Of a DNA stretch of 59,562 nucleotides, positions 1 to 8,918 are shown piece after piece. The notes below the pieces were generated by a model. The model had not been told where the DNA came from and did not search any database. It was given only the letters and a program-made list of their open reading frames with translations. This DNA comes from a virus (taxonomy: Duplodnaviria > Caudoviricetes). The translations under genes and the position numbers were made by a program. Positions within the stretch are counted from its first letter, which is position 1. Each line of letters starts with the position of its first letter. The stretch covers positions 1 through 59,562 of IMG/VR virus record IMGVR_UViG_3300020442_001061, one strand, 5' to 3'.

Positions 1-495
1 CCTTTGATGGTTACAGGACAGGCGGCAAGTGTTGGAATATATGAAGAACTTGAAAGACAAGGTAACTTGCCTGATAGCATGACGTTTGAAACTAACGGTA
101 CACAGAAATTAAGAGATCCTTTTAAGGAATGGGTAAAAAGAATTGATGAAGAAGTATTCTTTAGTTGTAGTCCTAAATTATGGACAGTAGCAGGTGAAGA
201 AAGTAAAAAAGCAATTATCCCAGAAGTAGTTGGCGAATATGCAGAACTATCTAAAGCAGGACAATTAAAGTTTGTTGTTGGTTCTGAACAAAGACAATGG
301 GATGAAATGGATTCTGTTATAGAGAGATTTAGAGCAGAAGGCGTTGAATGGCCTGTATGGGTTATGCCCGTAGGAGCCAGAGAAGAAGAGCAAACTGCAA
401 CGGCAGGCGATGTTGCTAAATTGGCTTTTCAGAGAGGATATAATGTGGCGGCACGAGTACACGTTTACTTGTTTGGTAACGCCATAGGAACATAA
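1..495 (+). CDS. queE: QueE/NrdG-like radical SAM protein (7-carboxy-7-deazaguanine synthase-like), 5'-truncated by window edge
   Basis: Frame open from base 1 (P-L-M, as expected after a GGEP motif); FETNGT, SCSPKL, LKFVV, VWVMPVG and RVHVYLFG motifs are typical of the QueE C-terminal half. The CxxxCxxC motif lies outside the window. Confidence 0.7.
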   Translation, partial: PLMVTGQAASVGIYEELERQGNLPDSMTFETNGTQKLRDPFKEWVKRIDEEVFFSCSPKLWTVAGEESKKAIIPEVVGEYAELSKAGQLKFVVGSEQRQWDEMDSVIERFRAEGVEWPVWVMPVGAREEEQTATAGDVAKLAFQRGYNVAARVHVYLFGNAIGT

Positions 496-496
496 T

Positions 497-940
497 ATGA
501 TATTTTGGATTGGTTTCACAGTTATGGTATTGAACGAAGGGTTCGTGATCATGAGACACGTACACCCTTGGTTTGCACGTAAGAGAGAAGCACTAATGGC
601 CAAGTATGGAAGTAATTGGAAACGTTTCCATGCCGCATTAGATTATGTATGGATAGGTGGTGTTACGTTAGGTATAGCGGTAGACATTGCCAACTGGAAG
701 TTATATTTTACAGTACTGATGACCTTTTGGACAGTTGTAGGTGTATGTGTGTATCTTCCATTACTTGTTAAGAAGTTAAGAAAGAAAAAAGTAAAAGTCG
801 AAAATGAAGATGTACACTTACATTCAGACGGTATATATCCATATAATGAAATAAAAAAGGTACATGACGAAGTGGAACGTAAAAAGAAAAACAAAAACAA
901 GCAACTTGACGAAGATGCTATTAGAAAGGCAGGATGGTGA
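497..940 (+). CDS. hypothetical membrane protein
   Basis: About 3 hydrophobic segments then a Lys-rich tail; starts 1 nt after the upstream stop. Confidence 0.6.
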   Translation: MIFWIGFTVMVLNEGFVIMRHVHPWFARKREALMAKYGSNWKRFHAALDYVWIGGVTLGIAVDIANWKLYFTVLMTFWTVVGVCVYLPLLVKKLRKKKVKVENEDVHLHSDGIYPYNEIKKVHDEVERKKKNKNKQLDEDAIRKAGW

Positions 941-1314
941 ATATGTTAGATAAAATGAAAAATATGTTTAACAAAACTAAAGGCAACAACAAAAAAGAAC
1001 TTACACATCGTGAACTTATGGAGCAAGAAAAGAAAGCGGCAACTAAGGCTAAGAAACCTTGGGTTGCAGTTTTAGATACTCACGTAAATCAAAACGATAT
1101 TAAGAACGGTTTTTTTGAACTCGATTGGAATAATGAATTCATTGAGCAATTATTAGACGCAGGTTATAAAGGCGAAAGCAACGAACAAATTGTAGACGCA
1201 TGGTTTAAAGATATTGCTAGAAATGTTTTATCAGAAGGTGGTTATGATCCTAACAGAGGTGCAGGTCATATAAACATCGTTCCAAGAGAGGACGGCAAGA
1301 GTGAAGCGTCCTAA
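934..1314 (+). CDS. hypothetical phage protein (start may be 943)
   Basis: 126-aa ORF overlapping both neighbours; FFELDWNNEFIEQL core. Confidence 0.65.
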   Translation: MVNMLDKMKNMFNKTKGNNKKELTHRELMEQEKKAATKAKKPWVAVLDTHVNQNDIKNGFFELDWNNEFIEQLLDAGYKGESNEQIVDAWFKDIARNVLSEGGYDPNRGAGHINIVPREDGKSEAS

Positions 1315-2227
1315 ATGGAAAGAACTTCTAGCAGGTAAACAACCTAATAGTTTCAGTATTACTAACAACTGTCAAGTATTCACAAGGCAATGTGAATCAC
1401 AGCCTGCTTGGATAAGTGCAATCAACACAGAAGTATTAGTCAAACGTAATAAATCTCATTTACTAATAAGTGTAGGTGAAAGTTGGACCTATGGTGATAA
1501 CTTTCAAGGCGTACAAAGTGGACAGGGCAGAGACGATCCTTTTTATAGATTAGATCATTGTTTTAGTGGAATCATGGCTAAAGCATTAAACAGTGATTTA
1601 CTACTATCAGCAGTACCAGGTAATTGTAATCAACATCATATGCATGATCTAGATAGATTGCTAGAGGAATATCATACTGCATATGAAAAAATTACTGTGG
1701 TAATGCAACTTACAAGTCCAGGTAGAGATAATTCAGAACATCATGACTACTATACCAATCTTAAAGGATACGATTTATTATATTCAAAACAAAAAACAAT
1801 TGATCCAATTCTGTCAATGAAAGATTGGTTTGAACTGTATGACGAAATGATGTTGTCCGAATATGATCGAATACTCAAATCATATACAAATGTAAATGGT
1901 ATCATTTGGAAAAACTTTAATAATTTTCTGGTTGACTTTAGTAGCGATTCGTTTATAATAGTAGAATGTCCGTGGGTAGAACATACAGCCAAAATGCATG
2001 GTATCAATATAAAGTTACCGTGTATGAACGAAGCGGGTTGGTGGGAAGCACACTATAAGACATACGGAAACTTTGAACAAAACACAGATGAGAAAATGGA
2101 ACAATTGAATAGATTAGAAGAAAGCACAAAATTACTTAATTACAGTAGTTGGAATGGCTTTCATCCTAAAGAAATTTATCATCTTGCTTGGGCATCACAC
2201 TTATTAGATAAAGGCAAACTATTATGA
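1301..2227 (+). CDS. SGNH/GDSL-hydrolase-like protein
   Basis: Block I-like SVGESWTYG, block II-like PGNCN and C-terminal GFHP histidine motif. Confidence 0.5.
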   Translation: MKRPKWKELLAGKQPNSFSITNNCQVFTRQCESQPAWISAINTEVLVKRNKSHLLISVGESWTYGDNFQGVQSGQGRDDPFYRLDHCFSGIMAKALNSDLLLSAVPGNCNQHHMHDLDRLLEEYHTAYEKITVVMQLTSPGRDNSEHHDYYTNLKGYDLLYSKQKTIDPILSMKDWFELYDEMMLSEYDRILKSYTNVNGIIWKNFNNFLVDFSSDSFIIVECPWVEHTAKMHGINIKLPCMNEAGWWEAHYKTYGNFEQNTDEKMEQLNRLEESTKLLNYSSWNGFHPKEIYHLAWASHLLDKGKLL

Positions 2228-3213
2228 AATATGCACTTATAGATACTGCAAATACATTTTTTAGAGCAAGGCACGTTGTAAGAGGCGACTTAGATACTAA
2301 AGTAGGTATGGCATTCCATATTACACTTAACAGTTTAAAAAAGATCTGGCATGAATTTGATGCTGATCATATTGTATTCTGTTTAGAAGGCCGTAGTTGG
2401 CGTAAAGACTTTTATGAGCCATACAAAAGAAATAGGCAAGAATTTAGAGATGCACTTACTCCATCACAACAAGAAGAAGAAAAAGTATTCTGGGAAACGT
2501 TTGATGCATTTAAAGAATTTGTAACTACTAAAACTAATTGTACAGTATTACAACATAGTCAATTAGAAGCAGATGATTTAATTGCTGGTTGGATACAACT
2601 TCATCCTGAAGATGAACACGTAATTGTATCTACAGACGGAGATTTTGCACAACTAATTTCACCTAAGGTTACACAATATAATGGTGTAAGCAATACTATT
2701 ATTACACATGAAGGTTACTTTGATGATAAGAAAAGAGAACCTATCATTGATAAAAAGACAGGTAAGGCAAAAGAGGCTCCTAATCCTGAATGGTTACTAT
2801 TTGAAAAGTGTATGAGAGGCGATACAAGTGATAATGTGTTTAGTGCATATCCTGGTGTAAGAGTAAAAGGTACAAAAAACAAAGTAGGCTTACAAGATGC
2901 TTTTGAAGACAAAGAATCCAAAGGTTACAACTGGAACAATCTGATGTTACAACGTTGGGTTGATCATGAAGGTGTAGAACATCGTGTGTTAGATGATTAC
3001 AATAGAAACGTTACTTTGTGTGACTTAACTGCACAACCTGGTAACATCAGGCACATTATACAAGACGTGATTGAAGAAGCAACTCAATCACCTAAAACTA
3101 TTAAACAGGTTGGACTAAGACTGATGAAGTTCTGTGCAGTATATGACTTGCAAAGAATTTCCGATAATGCTCAGGCTTATGCTGAACCATTACAAGCGAG
3201 GTACCCAGAATGA
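2224..3213 (+). CDS. rnh: T4 RNase H-like 5'-3' exonuclease (FEN family)
   Basis: LIDTAN, SWRK-YKxNR, LEADDLIA, STDGDF and GDTSDNV acidic motifs. Confidence 0.9.
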   Translation: MKYALIDTANTFFRARHVVRGDLDTKVGMAFHITLNSLKKIWHEFDADHIVFCLEGRSWRKDFYEPYKRNRQEFRDALTPSQQEEEKVFWETFDAFKEFVTTKTNCTVLQHSQLEADDLIAGWIQLHPEDEHVIVSTDGDFAQLISPKVTQYNGVSNTIITHEGYFDDKKREPIIDKKTGKAKEAPNPEWLLFEKCMRGDTSDNVFSAYPGVRVKGTKNKVGLQDAFEDKESKGYNWNNLMLQRWVDHEGVEHRVLDDYNRNVTLCDLTAQPGNIRHIIQDVIEEATQSPKTIKQVGLRLMKFCAVYDLQRISDNAQAYAEPLQARYPE

Positions 3214-3686
3214 AATCTTTAAAAGCAAATGAAATTTTAAAAAACAAGTTTTGGATTATTGAAGATAAAAATTCAAATGAAAAATTAGGAACATTATCTA
3301 GAGAATCTGATAATCGTTATATGTACAGTTGCGATACAGGAAGTTATTTGTATGATAACAAAGGCCAAGTTGAAAAGAACTTAGGCACAATACTATGGAG
3401 TAAAGCAACTATTAGTGATAGTGTGCCTGAAAAGACCATATATGACTTGCCAACAAGTACTACTCCACATAACAGTATGTATGATGTAAAACGTAAGTTT
3501 GGATTATTTACAAAGAGTAAAAAGTCTAAAAGTTTATATTGTGCAGGTTATTTTTGTATTCACTTTGAAAAAGGTTGGGTAAAAAGTTTTTGCCCTAAAT
3601 TAGTTACACTTGAAAAGTATGAATACAGTGGTCCATTTAAAACAGAACTAGAAATGAGACAGGAGTTAAGTCGTGTCAACAAATAA
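3210..3686 (+). CDS. hypothetical phage protein
   Basis: 158 aa; ATGA overlap with rnh. Confidence 0.7.
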   Translation: MKSLKANEILKNKFWIIEDKNSNEKLGTLSRESDNRYMYSCDTGSYLYDNKGQVEKNLGTILWSKATISDSVPEKTIYDLPTSTTPHNSMYDVKRKFGLFTKSKKSKSLYCAGYFCIHFEKGWVKSFCPKLVTLEKYEYSGPFKTELEMRQELSRVNK

Positions 3687-3918
3687 ACCACTTAATACTA
3701 TTCCTTTACAACAGTTCATAGAACGTGTTAAAGGTGCTGAAAATAGCAAATCTAATAGTGTTAATTTAACTATAAGCGAAGCAAAAAACCTTGCATTTAC
3801 AATAGGCGCAGTAATGTCTAGATTGCATGGTGATCTTGAAAAACTAATCCACGAAAAGAACAATACAGAAGAAGTAATCAACGTTACAGTTGATGGTGGA
3901 TCTACAGACTGGAAGTAA
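3673..3918 (+). CDS. hypothetical phage protein
   Basis: GTG start preceded by AGGAG; overlaps upstream gene. Confidence 0.65.
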   Translation: MSTNKPLNTIPLQQFIERVKGAENSKSNSVNLTISEAKNLAFTIGAVMSRLHGDLEKLIHEKNNTEEVINVTVDGGSTDWK

Positions 3919-3920
3919 AC

Positions 3921-3951
3921 TACGCATATAACCCTCTCTTTGAGATAAATA
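3921..3951 (+). promoter_or_regulatory. TACGYAYATAA motif (3921-3931) plus late-promoter-like ATAAATA (3945-3951)
   Basis: Both motifs recur in other intergenic gaps of this window. Confidence 0.5.
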
Positions 3952-3969
3952 ATATTGAAGAGAAATTAT

Positions 3970-4260
3970 ATGAGTAGACCTAAACCAAATATATTATTAG
4001 AGTACGTTAATAAGAAAACCTATAGAACAGAGCAAGTTCTACAGGCTAGAGCCATATGGGCAGTATTCTATCAAAACAAACCTTTTAATTTAAAGTCAGC
4101 AAATATCCTGACTAATTATCCAGGACCTAAATATAAGAAAGTTTCATTTTCTAATCCAGGCCATGCACACAATCTTGCAAAGAAACTTAACGATATGTTC
4201 AACACTACTGAATTTGAAGTTGTTGAATTAGTTGAAGGCCAAATAGTCAAAGAAGAATAA
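3970..4260 (+). CDS. hypothetical phage protein
   Basis: ATG at 3970 (MSRPKPNILLE) preferred over the TTG at 3955. Confidence 0.7.
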   Translation: MSRPKPNILLEYVNKKTYRTEQVLQARAIWAVFYQNKPFNLKSANILTNYPGPKYKKVSFSNPGHAHNLAKKLNDMFNTTEFEVVELVEGQIVKEE

Positions 4261-4261
4261 A

Positions 4262-4657
4262 ATGAACTGGAAAGAAACCTACACCAAGGTATTCTTAAAG
4301 GCGGCAGGCATAGGTATTTCAGATAGTACTCTAGCAGAGTATATGCCCCTTTGGTGGCAAAATACCAGATCCAAAGAAGCAGGTGGACTTAGACTTACCG
4401 ATGATGGTATGATGTTCTTAATGGAAAAATTAGAACTACAAACATATGAAATTCCATTTCCTCCCGATTTCAAAATTACTACCCAAGTAATAATATTTTT
4501 GGACAAGTTTATAGACTGTCCATATTATATCACTAACCAAAGTATCACAGTTACCAGTGAAAAAAAGAGTATGGAACTGCATCTTTTTAGTGGAGATGTC
4601 CGTAAATATGGTCTTGCCAAAGCATTAAAACGGGCAGATGATCACGTAAACACTTGA
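4262..4657 (+). CDS. hypothetical phage protein
   Basis: 131 aa; starts 1 nt after the upstream stop. Confidence 0.7.
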   Translation: MNWKETYTKVFLKAAGIGISDSTLAEYMPLWWQNTRSKEAGGLRLTDDGMMFLMEKLELQTYEIPFPPDFKITTQVIIFLDKFIDCPYYITNQSITVTSEKKSMELHLFSGDVRKYGLAKALKRADDHVNT

Positions 4658-4698
4658 TTTTATTAGATATTTTTTTTGGAAAAAAGTTAAAAAAAAGG

Positions 4699-4727
4699 TT
4701 GACCTTTTGATATAACGGTGCTATTAT
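4699..4727 (+). promoter_or_regulatory. sigma70-type (early) promoter of the AAA ATPase gene
   Basis: TTGACC-N17-TATTAT with extended -10 TG and upstream A/T tracts resembling an UP element. Confidence 0.75.
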
Positions 4728-4732
4728 ATAAA

Positions 4733-4753
4733 CATACTTAGAAATTAAGTATG
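4733..4753. promoter_or_regulatory. perfect 8-bp inverted repeat at the predicted transcript 5' end
   Basis: CATACTTA-GAAAT-TAAGTATG. Confidence 0.45.
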
Positions 4754-4782
4754 GCACTGAGATAACATAGAAGGAGTACAAC

Positions 4783-5871
4783 ATGGAAAACATCGCAGTA
4801 AGACAAGTTGGTCCAAACAATGCTAAAAAGGCAATCGTTAGGGCATTCAAAAAGAAACGTCCACTTTTTATTTGGGGACCTCCAGGTATTGGTAAGTCGG
4901 ACATTATTCAACAAATTAAAGACGAAATGGAAAAATGTCATTTGATTGATATTCGTTTGTCGTTATGGGAACCTACAGATATTAAAGGTATGCCATATTA
5001 TGCGGCGAATGATAATATAATGAAATGGGCACCTCCGGCAGAATTGCCAGATGCCAAGATGGCTAAGAAATATAAGACCATCATTCTTTTCCTAGATGAA
5101 ATGAATTCGGCGGCGCCGGCAGTACAGGCGGCCGCTTATCAATTAATCCTAAACAGAAGGGTTGGTACATATACGTTACCTGATAATGTTTTGATTGTTG
5201 CCGCTGGTAACAGAGAAGCAGATAAAGGTGTAACATATAGAATGCCTGCTCCGTTGGCTAACAGATTTGTACACTTAGAAATGAAAGTGGACTTTGATGA
5301 TTGGTTCCAGTGGGCAGTAACTAATGACATTCACCCTGATGTTGCAGGTTATTTGCAATTTGCTAAGAAGGACTTGTATGATTTTGATCCTAAGTCACCA
5401 AGTCGTTCATTTGCAACACCTCGTTCTTGGTCATTTGTTTCCGAGTTACTCGAAGACGATGATGACGAGAATACCACTACAGATCTTGTAAGTGGTGCAG
5501 TCGGCGAAGGACTTGCCGTTAAGTTTATGGCTCACCGTAAGGTTGCTAGTAAACTGCCTAACCCAACAGAAGTTCTGAAGGGTAAGGTTAAAACACTAGA
5601 TACCAAAGAAATCAGTGCCATGTATTCCTTGACGGTATCCTTGTGTTATGAACTAAAAGAAGCAAACGACAAAGGAGATAAAGACTTCCATAAGAAAGTC
5701 AATAACTTCTTAACGTTTTCGATGGATAACTTTGATACTGAATTGGTCGTTATGGGTATTAAACTTGCCCTTACACAATATCAATTACCTATCGATCCAG
5801 ACGAAGTTGAATGTTTTGATAAGTTCCATGAAGAGTACGGCAAGTACATTAAAGCCGCACAGGCTTCTTAG
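4783..5871 (+). CDS. MoxR-like AAA+ ATPase
   Basis: Walker A GPPGIGKS, Walker B ILFLDEMN, AAGN sensor, PLANRF arginine finger; SD AAGGAG. Confidence 0.9.
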   Translation: MENIAVRQVGPNNAKKAIVRAFKKKRPLFIWGPPGIGKSDIIQQIKDEMEKCHLIDIRLSLWEPTDIKGMPYYAANDNIMKWAPPAELPDAKMAKKYKTIILFLDEMNSAAPAVQAAAYQLILNRRVGTYTLPDNVLIVAAGNREADKGVTYRMPAPLANRFVHLEMKVDFDDWFQWAVTNDIHPDVAGYLQFAKKDLYDFDPKSPSRSFATPRSWSFVSELLEDDDDENTTTDLVSGAVGEGLAVKFMAHRKVASKLPNPTEVLKGKVKTLDTKEISAMYSLTVSLCYELKEANDKGDKDFHKKVNNFLTFSMDNFDTELVVMGIKLALTQYQLPIDPDEVECFDKFHEEYGKYIKAAQAS

Positions 5872-5878
5872 AAGCATT

Positions 5879-5915
5879 TTGGGTGGGAGATTTTGGTTTC
5901 CCACCCAATTTTATT
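5879..5915 (+). terminator. Rho-independent terminator
   Basis: 10-bp stem TTGGGTGGGA/TCCCACCCAA followed by TTTTATT. Confidence 0.8.
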
Positions 5916-5917
5916 GG

Positions 5918-5946
5918 TTGACATATGATATTAAATATAGTATTAT
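5918..5946 (+). promoter_or_regulatory. sigma70-type (early) promoter of the peptidase/vWA gene
   Basis: TTGACA-N17-TATTAT; shares GGTTGAC and TATTATATAAACATA with the promoter at 4699. Confidence 0.75.
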
Positions 5947-5980
5947 ATAAACATAATAAGGCACAAGGAGTAATGGCACA

Positions 5981-7243
5981 ATGACAGTAGCAACGGCAGA
6001 AAAAGTAGAAGTACCCGAAATTGAAGTAACTAAAGAACTTCGTGAAGAAACTTTAGATAAAATTATTGTAGCACGAGTTGGTTTGCTACTTAGACATCCT
6101 TTCTTTGGTAATATGGCAACAAGGCTTATTTTAAAAGAAGCCACTGATTGGTGTCCTACGGCCGCTACTGACGGTAAGCATTTATTTTATAGTGTTCCTT
6201 TCTTTGCTAAAATGTCTAACAAAGAAGTTGAATTTGTTATTGCACATGAAATTCTTCATTGTGTATATGATCATATGACACGTAGAGAAGATAGAGATCC
6301 ACAGATACATAACATTGCCGCAGACTATATTGTAAACAATACTCTTGTTAGAGATGGTATTGGTGAAAAGCCTAGAGACATTCCAATTTTCCAAGACTTT
6401 AAATATGATGGTTGGACATCTGAGGCAGTATATGATGACATTTATAAAAAGTATGATGAAGAAGAATTAAAGCAATTAGGTAAATTGCTTGACGAACACA
6501 TTGACTGGGATAAAGATTCTAAAGATAACCAATCTAAAAATGGTGCTAAAGGTAAGAAAGGTAATAAGCCTTCTTATAGCAAAGAAGAATTAAGTAAAAT
6601 CCGTGATCAAATTAAAGAGAATATGATTAGTGCGGCACAGGCGGCAGGTGCTGGTAATGTTCCTAAAGAAGTAGAACGTATGATTAAGGAACTTACTGAG
6701 CCTAAAATGACTTGGAGAGAATTACTTAGAACACAGATTCAATCTACTATTAAAAACGACTTTACATTCCAACGTCCTTCACGTAAGGCTTGGCATACTG
6801 GAGTTATTATGCCTGGTATGAAAAATGATGAAACTATTGACATTTGTATTGCTTTAGATATGTCAGGTTCTATTGGTGACTCACAAGCAAAAGATTTCTT
6901 AAGTGAGATACAAGGCATTATGCAAGAATACAAAGACTACAATATCAAGGTATGGTGTTTTGATACTAAAGTTTATAACGAACAAGACTTTAGTGCAGAC
7001 AACGGTATGGAATTAGAAGACTACCAGATTATGGGTGGTGGCGGAACCGACTTTATGGCAAACTGGGATTATATGAAAGAACAAGGTATTGTACCTAAAC
7101 GTTTCATTATGTTCACTGATGGTATGCCATGGGATAGTTGGGGTGATGAAAACTACTGTGATACAGTATTTGTTATTCATTCACATTACGATAAAAATAC
7201 AACTGCACCATTTGGTGTAACTGCTCACTACGAAGAGGCATGA
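5981..7243 (+). CDS. HExxH metallopeptidase-like plus vWA domain protein (DUF2201-type), AAA partner
   Basis: TAATDG and HEILH; MIDAS-type DMSGS, GGGTDF and FTDG. Confidence 0.85.
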   Translation: MTVATAEKVEVPEIEVTKELREETLDKIIVARVGLLLRHPFFGNMATRLILKEATDWCPTAATDGKHLFYSVPFFAKMSNKEVEFVIAHEILHCVYDHMTRREDRDPQIHNIAADYIVNNTLVRDGIGEKPRDIPIFQDFKYDGWTSEAVYDDIYKKYDEEELKQLGKLLDEHIDWDKDSKDNQSKNGAKGKKGNKPSYSKEELSKIRDQIKENMISAAQAAGAGNVPKEVERMIKELTEPKMTWRELLRTQIQSTIKNDFTFQRPSRKAWHTGVIMPGMKNDETIDICIALDMSGSIGDSQAKDFLSEIQGIMQEYKDYNIKVWCFDTKVYNEQDFSADNGMELEDYQIMGGGGTDFMANWDYMKEQGIVPKRFIMFTDGMPWDSWGDENYCDTVFVIHSHYDKNTTAPFGVTAHYEEA

Positions 7244-7530
7244 TGACATTACAAAAGACAGGTGAACCAAATCCCTTAGAATATTTTGGTGTAAGGGAAG
7301 TACATACATACCCAAAACATTTTGATACTATTGCTATTGAGATGACATATAATCTTGAAGATAGTCTTAGAAAATGGATTAAACAAAATCTTAAAGGCAG
7401 ATACTATATAGGCAAAAGTTTAGAACTAGATAACCAAAGTAACTATACAAGCCAACTAAAAGTTGGTTTTGAGAATCCAAAAGAACTATCTTATTTCATG
7501 TTGGCTTGTCCACATTTGAAGTATAGATAA
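7240..7530 (+). CDS. hypothetical phage protein
   Basis: ATGA overlap; 96 aa. Confidence 0.65.
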   Translation: MMTLQKTGEPNPLEYFGVREVHTYPKHFDTIAIEMTYNLEDSLRKWIKQNLKGRYYIGKSLELDNQSNYTSQLKVGFENPKELSYFMLACPHLKYR

Positions 7531-7540
7531 TTATTATTAG

Positions 7541-7577
7541 TAAATATTAAAGTACGTATATAACTAATACGTATATT
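7541..7577 (+). promoter_or_regulatory. TAAATA box followed by two TACGTATAT copies
   Basis: TAAATA 7541-7546; TACGTATATAA 7553-7563; TACGTATATT 7568-7577. Confidence 0.45.
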
Positions 7578-7601
7578 TTGATCAAAATAGGAGAGACATA
7601 A

Positions 7602-7952
7602 ATGTCAGAAGAAAATAAAAAACCTGAAGTAGCACAACCAGCCGCTCCGGCAGGGGGACCTAGTGTGCCACCAACAGGACCAGGAACACAGGTTGGAGCA
7701 GAACTAACTGTTCAAGACCTTAGTGTTATCAAAACAATTATCGAAGTTGCAAGTCAACGTGGTGCTTTCAAAGCCACTGAACTTGAAGCAGTAGGTAAAA
7801 CTTTCAACAAGTTAGATTCATTTCTAACTACTGTTGCAAATCAACAAGTGAATGCACAGAAAGATGCACCAGCAACACCGGCGGCGGCACCAAGTCCAGC
7901 GGCACCAGGAGATGTTGCGGCGGCAATGACTGGCACTCCAGGAGGAGTATAA
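7602..7952 (+). CDS. hypothetical protein with Pro/Ala-rich termini
   Basis: SD AGGAG; structured-looking core ELTVQDL...RGAFKA. Confidence 0.7.
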   Translation: MSEENKKPEVAQPAAPAGGPSVPPTGPGTQVGAELTVQDLSVIKTIIEVASQRGAFKATELEAVGKTFNKLDSFLTTVANQQVNAQKDAPATPAAAPSPAAPGDVAAAMTGTPGGV

Positions 7953-7953
7953 T

Positions 7954-8568
7954 ATGGCCCTAAAACACGTAGGAAGATTTAAAACAAACGGACGTAAAGT
8001 TGCGGTTGTTTTTAGAACACTACCTGATGATCCGGAAAGTGCTTTAGTAGTACAAACGGAAAATTTAGGTGATAGCGAACATGACATTCTAATGAGAATG
8101 TTAGAAAGCAACACAGGTCAATCAGCAGAAGAACTTGCTGATGCGATGCAAAGAACTACACTAGATGATGGTTCTATTATGTTAGCAAACTTCCATGTTA
8201 ACGGTAAGTTAACTAAAGTTTCTACTAAAGACATTGAAATGACACCAACTACTAGCGATACAATTGGTTTAGATGAACTAAACAAAACTATTGCAGAGCA
8301 AAAAGGTGTTAGCATTAGTGATCTAGCAGTAGGAGGTTCATCTGTAGAAGAGATTGCTTCTGCACAAACTATTGAATCACCAACTGCGTCAGCAGAAGCA
8401 CAGGCGGCTGATGTGGCATCAAGTGAACAACCTTTATCAGATGATGATCTTGCTAAAAACATGAGAGCAGATGCTGATAGAATGTTCAAAGAAGCAGAGC
8501 GTCTTAGAAAAGAAGCGGATAAATTAAGTCCATCTAAGAAGAAGGCTTCTTCCAGTGCCAAGGCGTAA
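7954..8568 (+). CDS. hypothetical phage protein
   Basis: 204 aa; SD GGAGGAG; helical C-terminus. Confidence 0.7.
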   Translation: MALKHVGRFKTNGRKVAVVFRTLPDDPESALVVQTENLGDSEHDILMRMLESNTGQSAEELADAMQRTTLDDGSIMLANFHVNGKLTKVSTKDIEMTPTTSDTIGLDELNKTIAEQKGVSISDLAVGGSSVEEIASAQTIESPTASAEAQAADVASSEQPLSDDDLAKNMRADADRMFKEAERLRKEADKLSPSKKKASSSAKA

Positions 8569-8869
8569 GACATTTTCGCCAGACATAGTAGCAAAGTGGC
8601 CTGAAGTATTTAAGGATATAGACATTAAGGCTATACCTTTACAATACTTAGATAGTGTATCAGTAAAGTTTGCGAATGGAAAAGTGTGGGATATACGGCT
8701 CAATGAGCAGGGTAAAGCAGACCCACACAAACAAGTAGAAAAGTCTCTAAACGAGATGTTTCATACCTATAAATCCAGCATCAAAAACGTTGATTTTAAA
8801 GTAGATACTGATAGATTAAAAACAGATATACAAAAACGTACAAAACAGTTCATGAAGAAGAGAAAGTGA
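8555..8869 (+). CDS. hypothetical phage protein
   Basis: GTG start overlapping the upstream gene. Confidence 0.6.
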   Translation: MPRRKTFSPDIVAKWPEVFKDIDIKAIPLQYLDSVSVKFANGKVWDIRLNEQGKADPHKQVEKSLNEMFHTYKSSIKNVDFKVDTDRLKTDIQKRTKQFMKKRK

Positions 8870-8884
8870 TTTTGTGTTTTTGGC

Positions 8885-8891
8885 ATAAATA
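8885..8891 (+). promoter_or_regulatory. T4-late-like promoter ATAAATA
   Basis: cATAAATAgt upstream of the fibre gene. Confidence 0.55.
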
Positions 8892-8918
8892 GTATTATAA
8901 AGACTAGGAGTGCAATAA

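Noticed and set aside
4658-4698. T9 and A-rich homopolymer tracts as a phase-variation site
   Set aside because: They lie upstream of the -35 box rather than in the spacer or a CDS, so an UP element is the simpler explanation.
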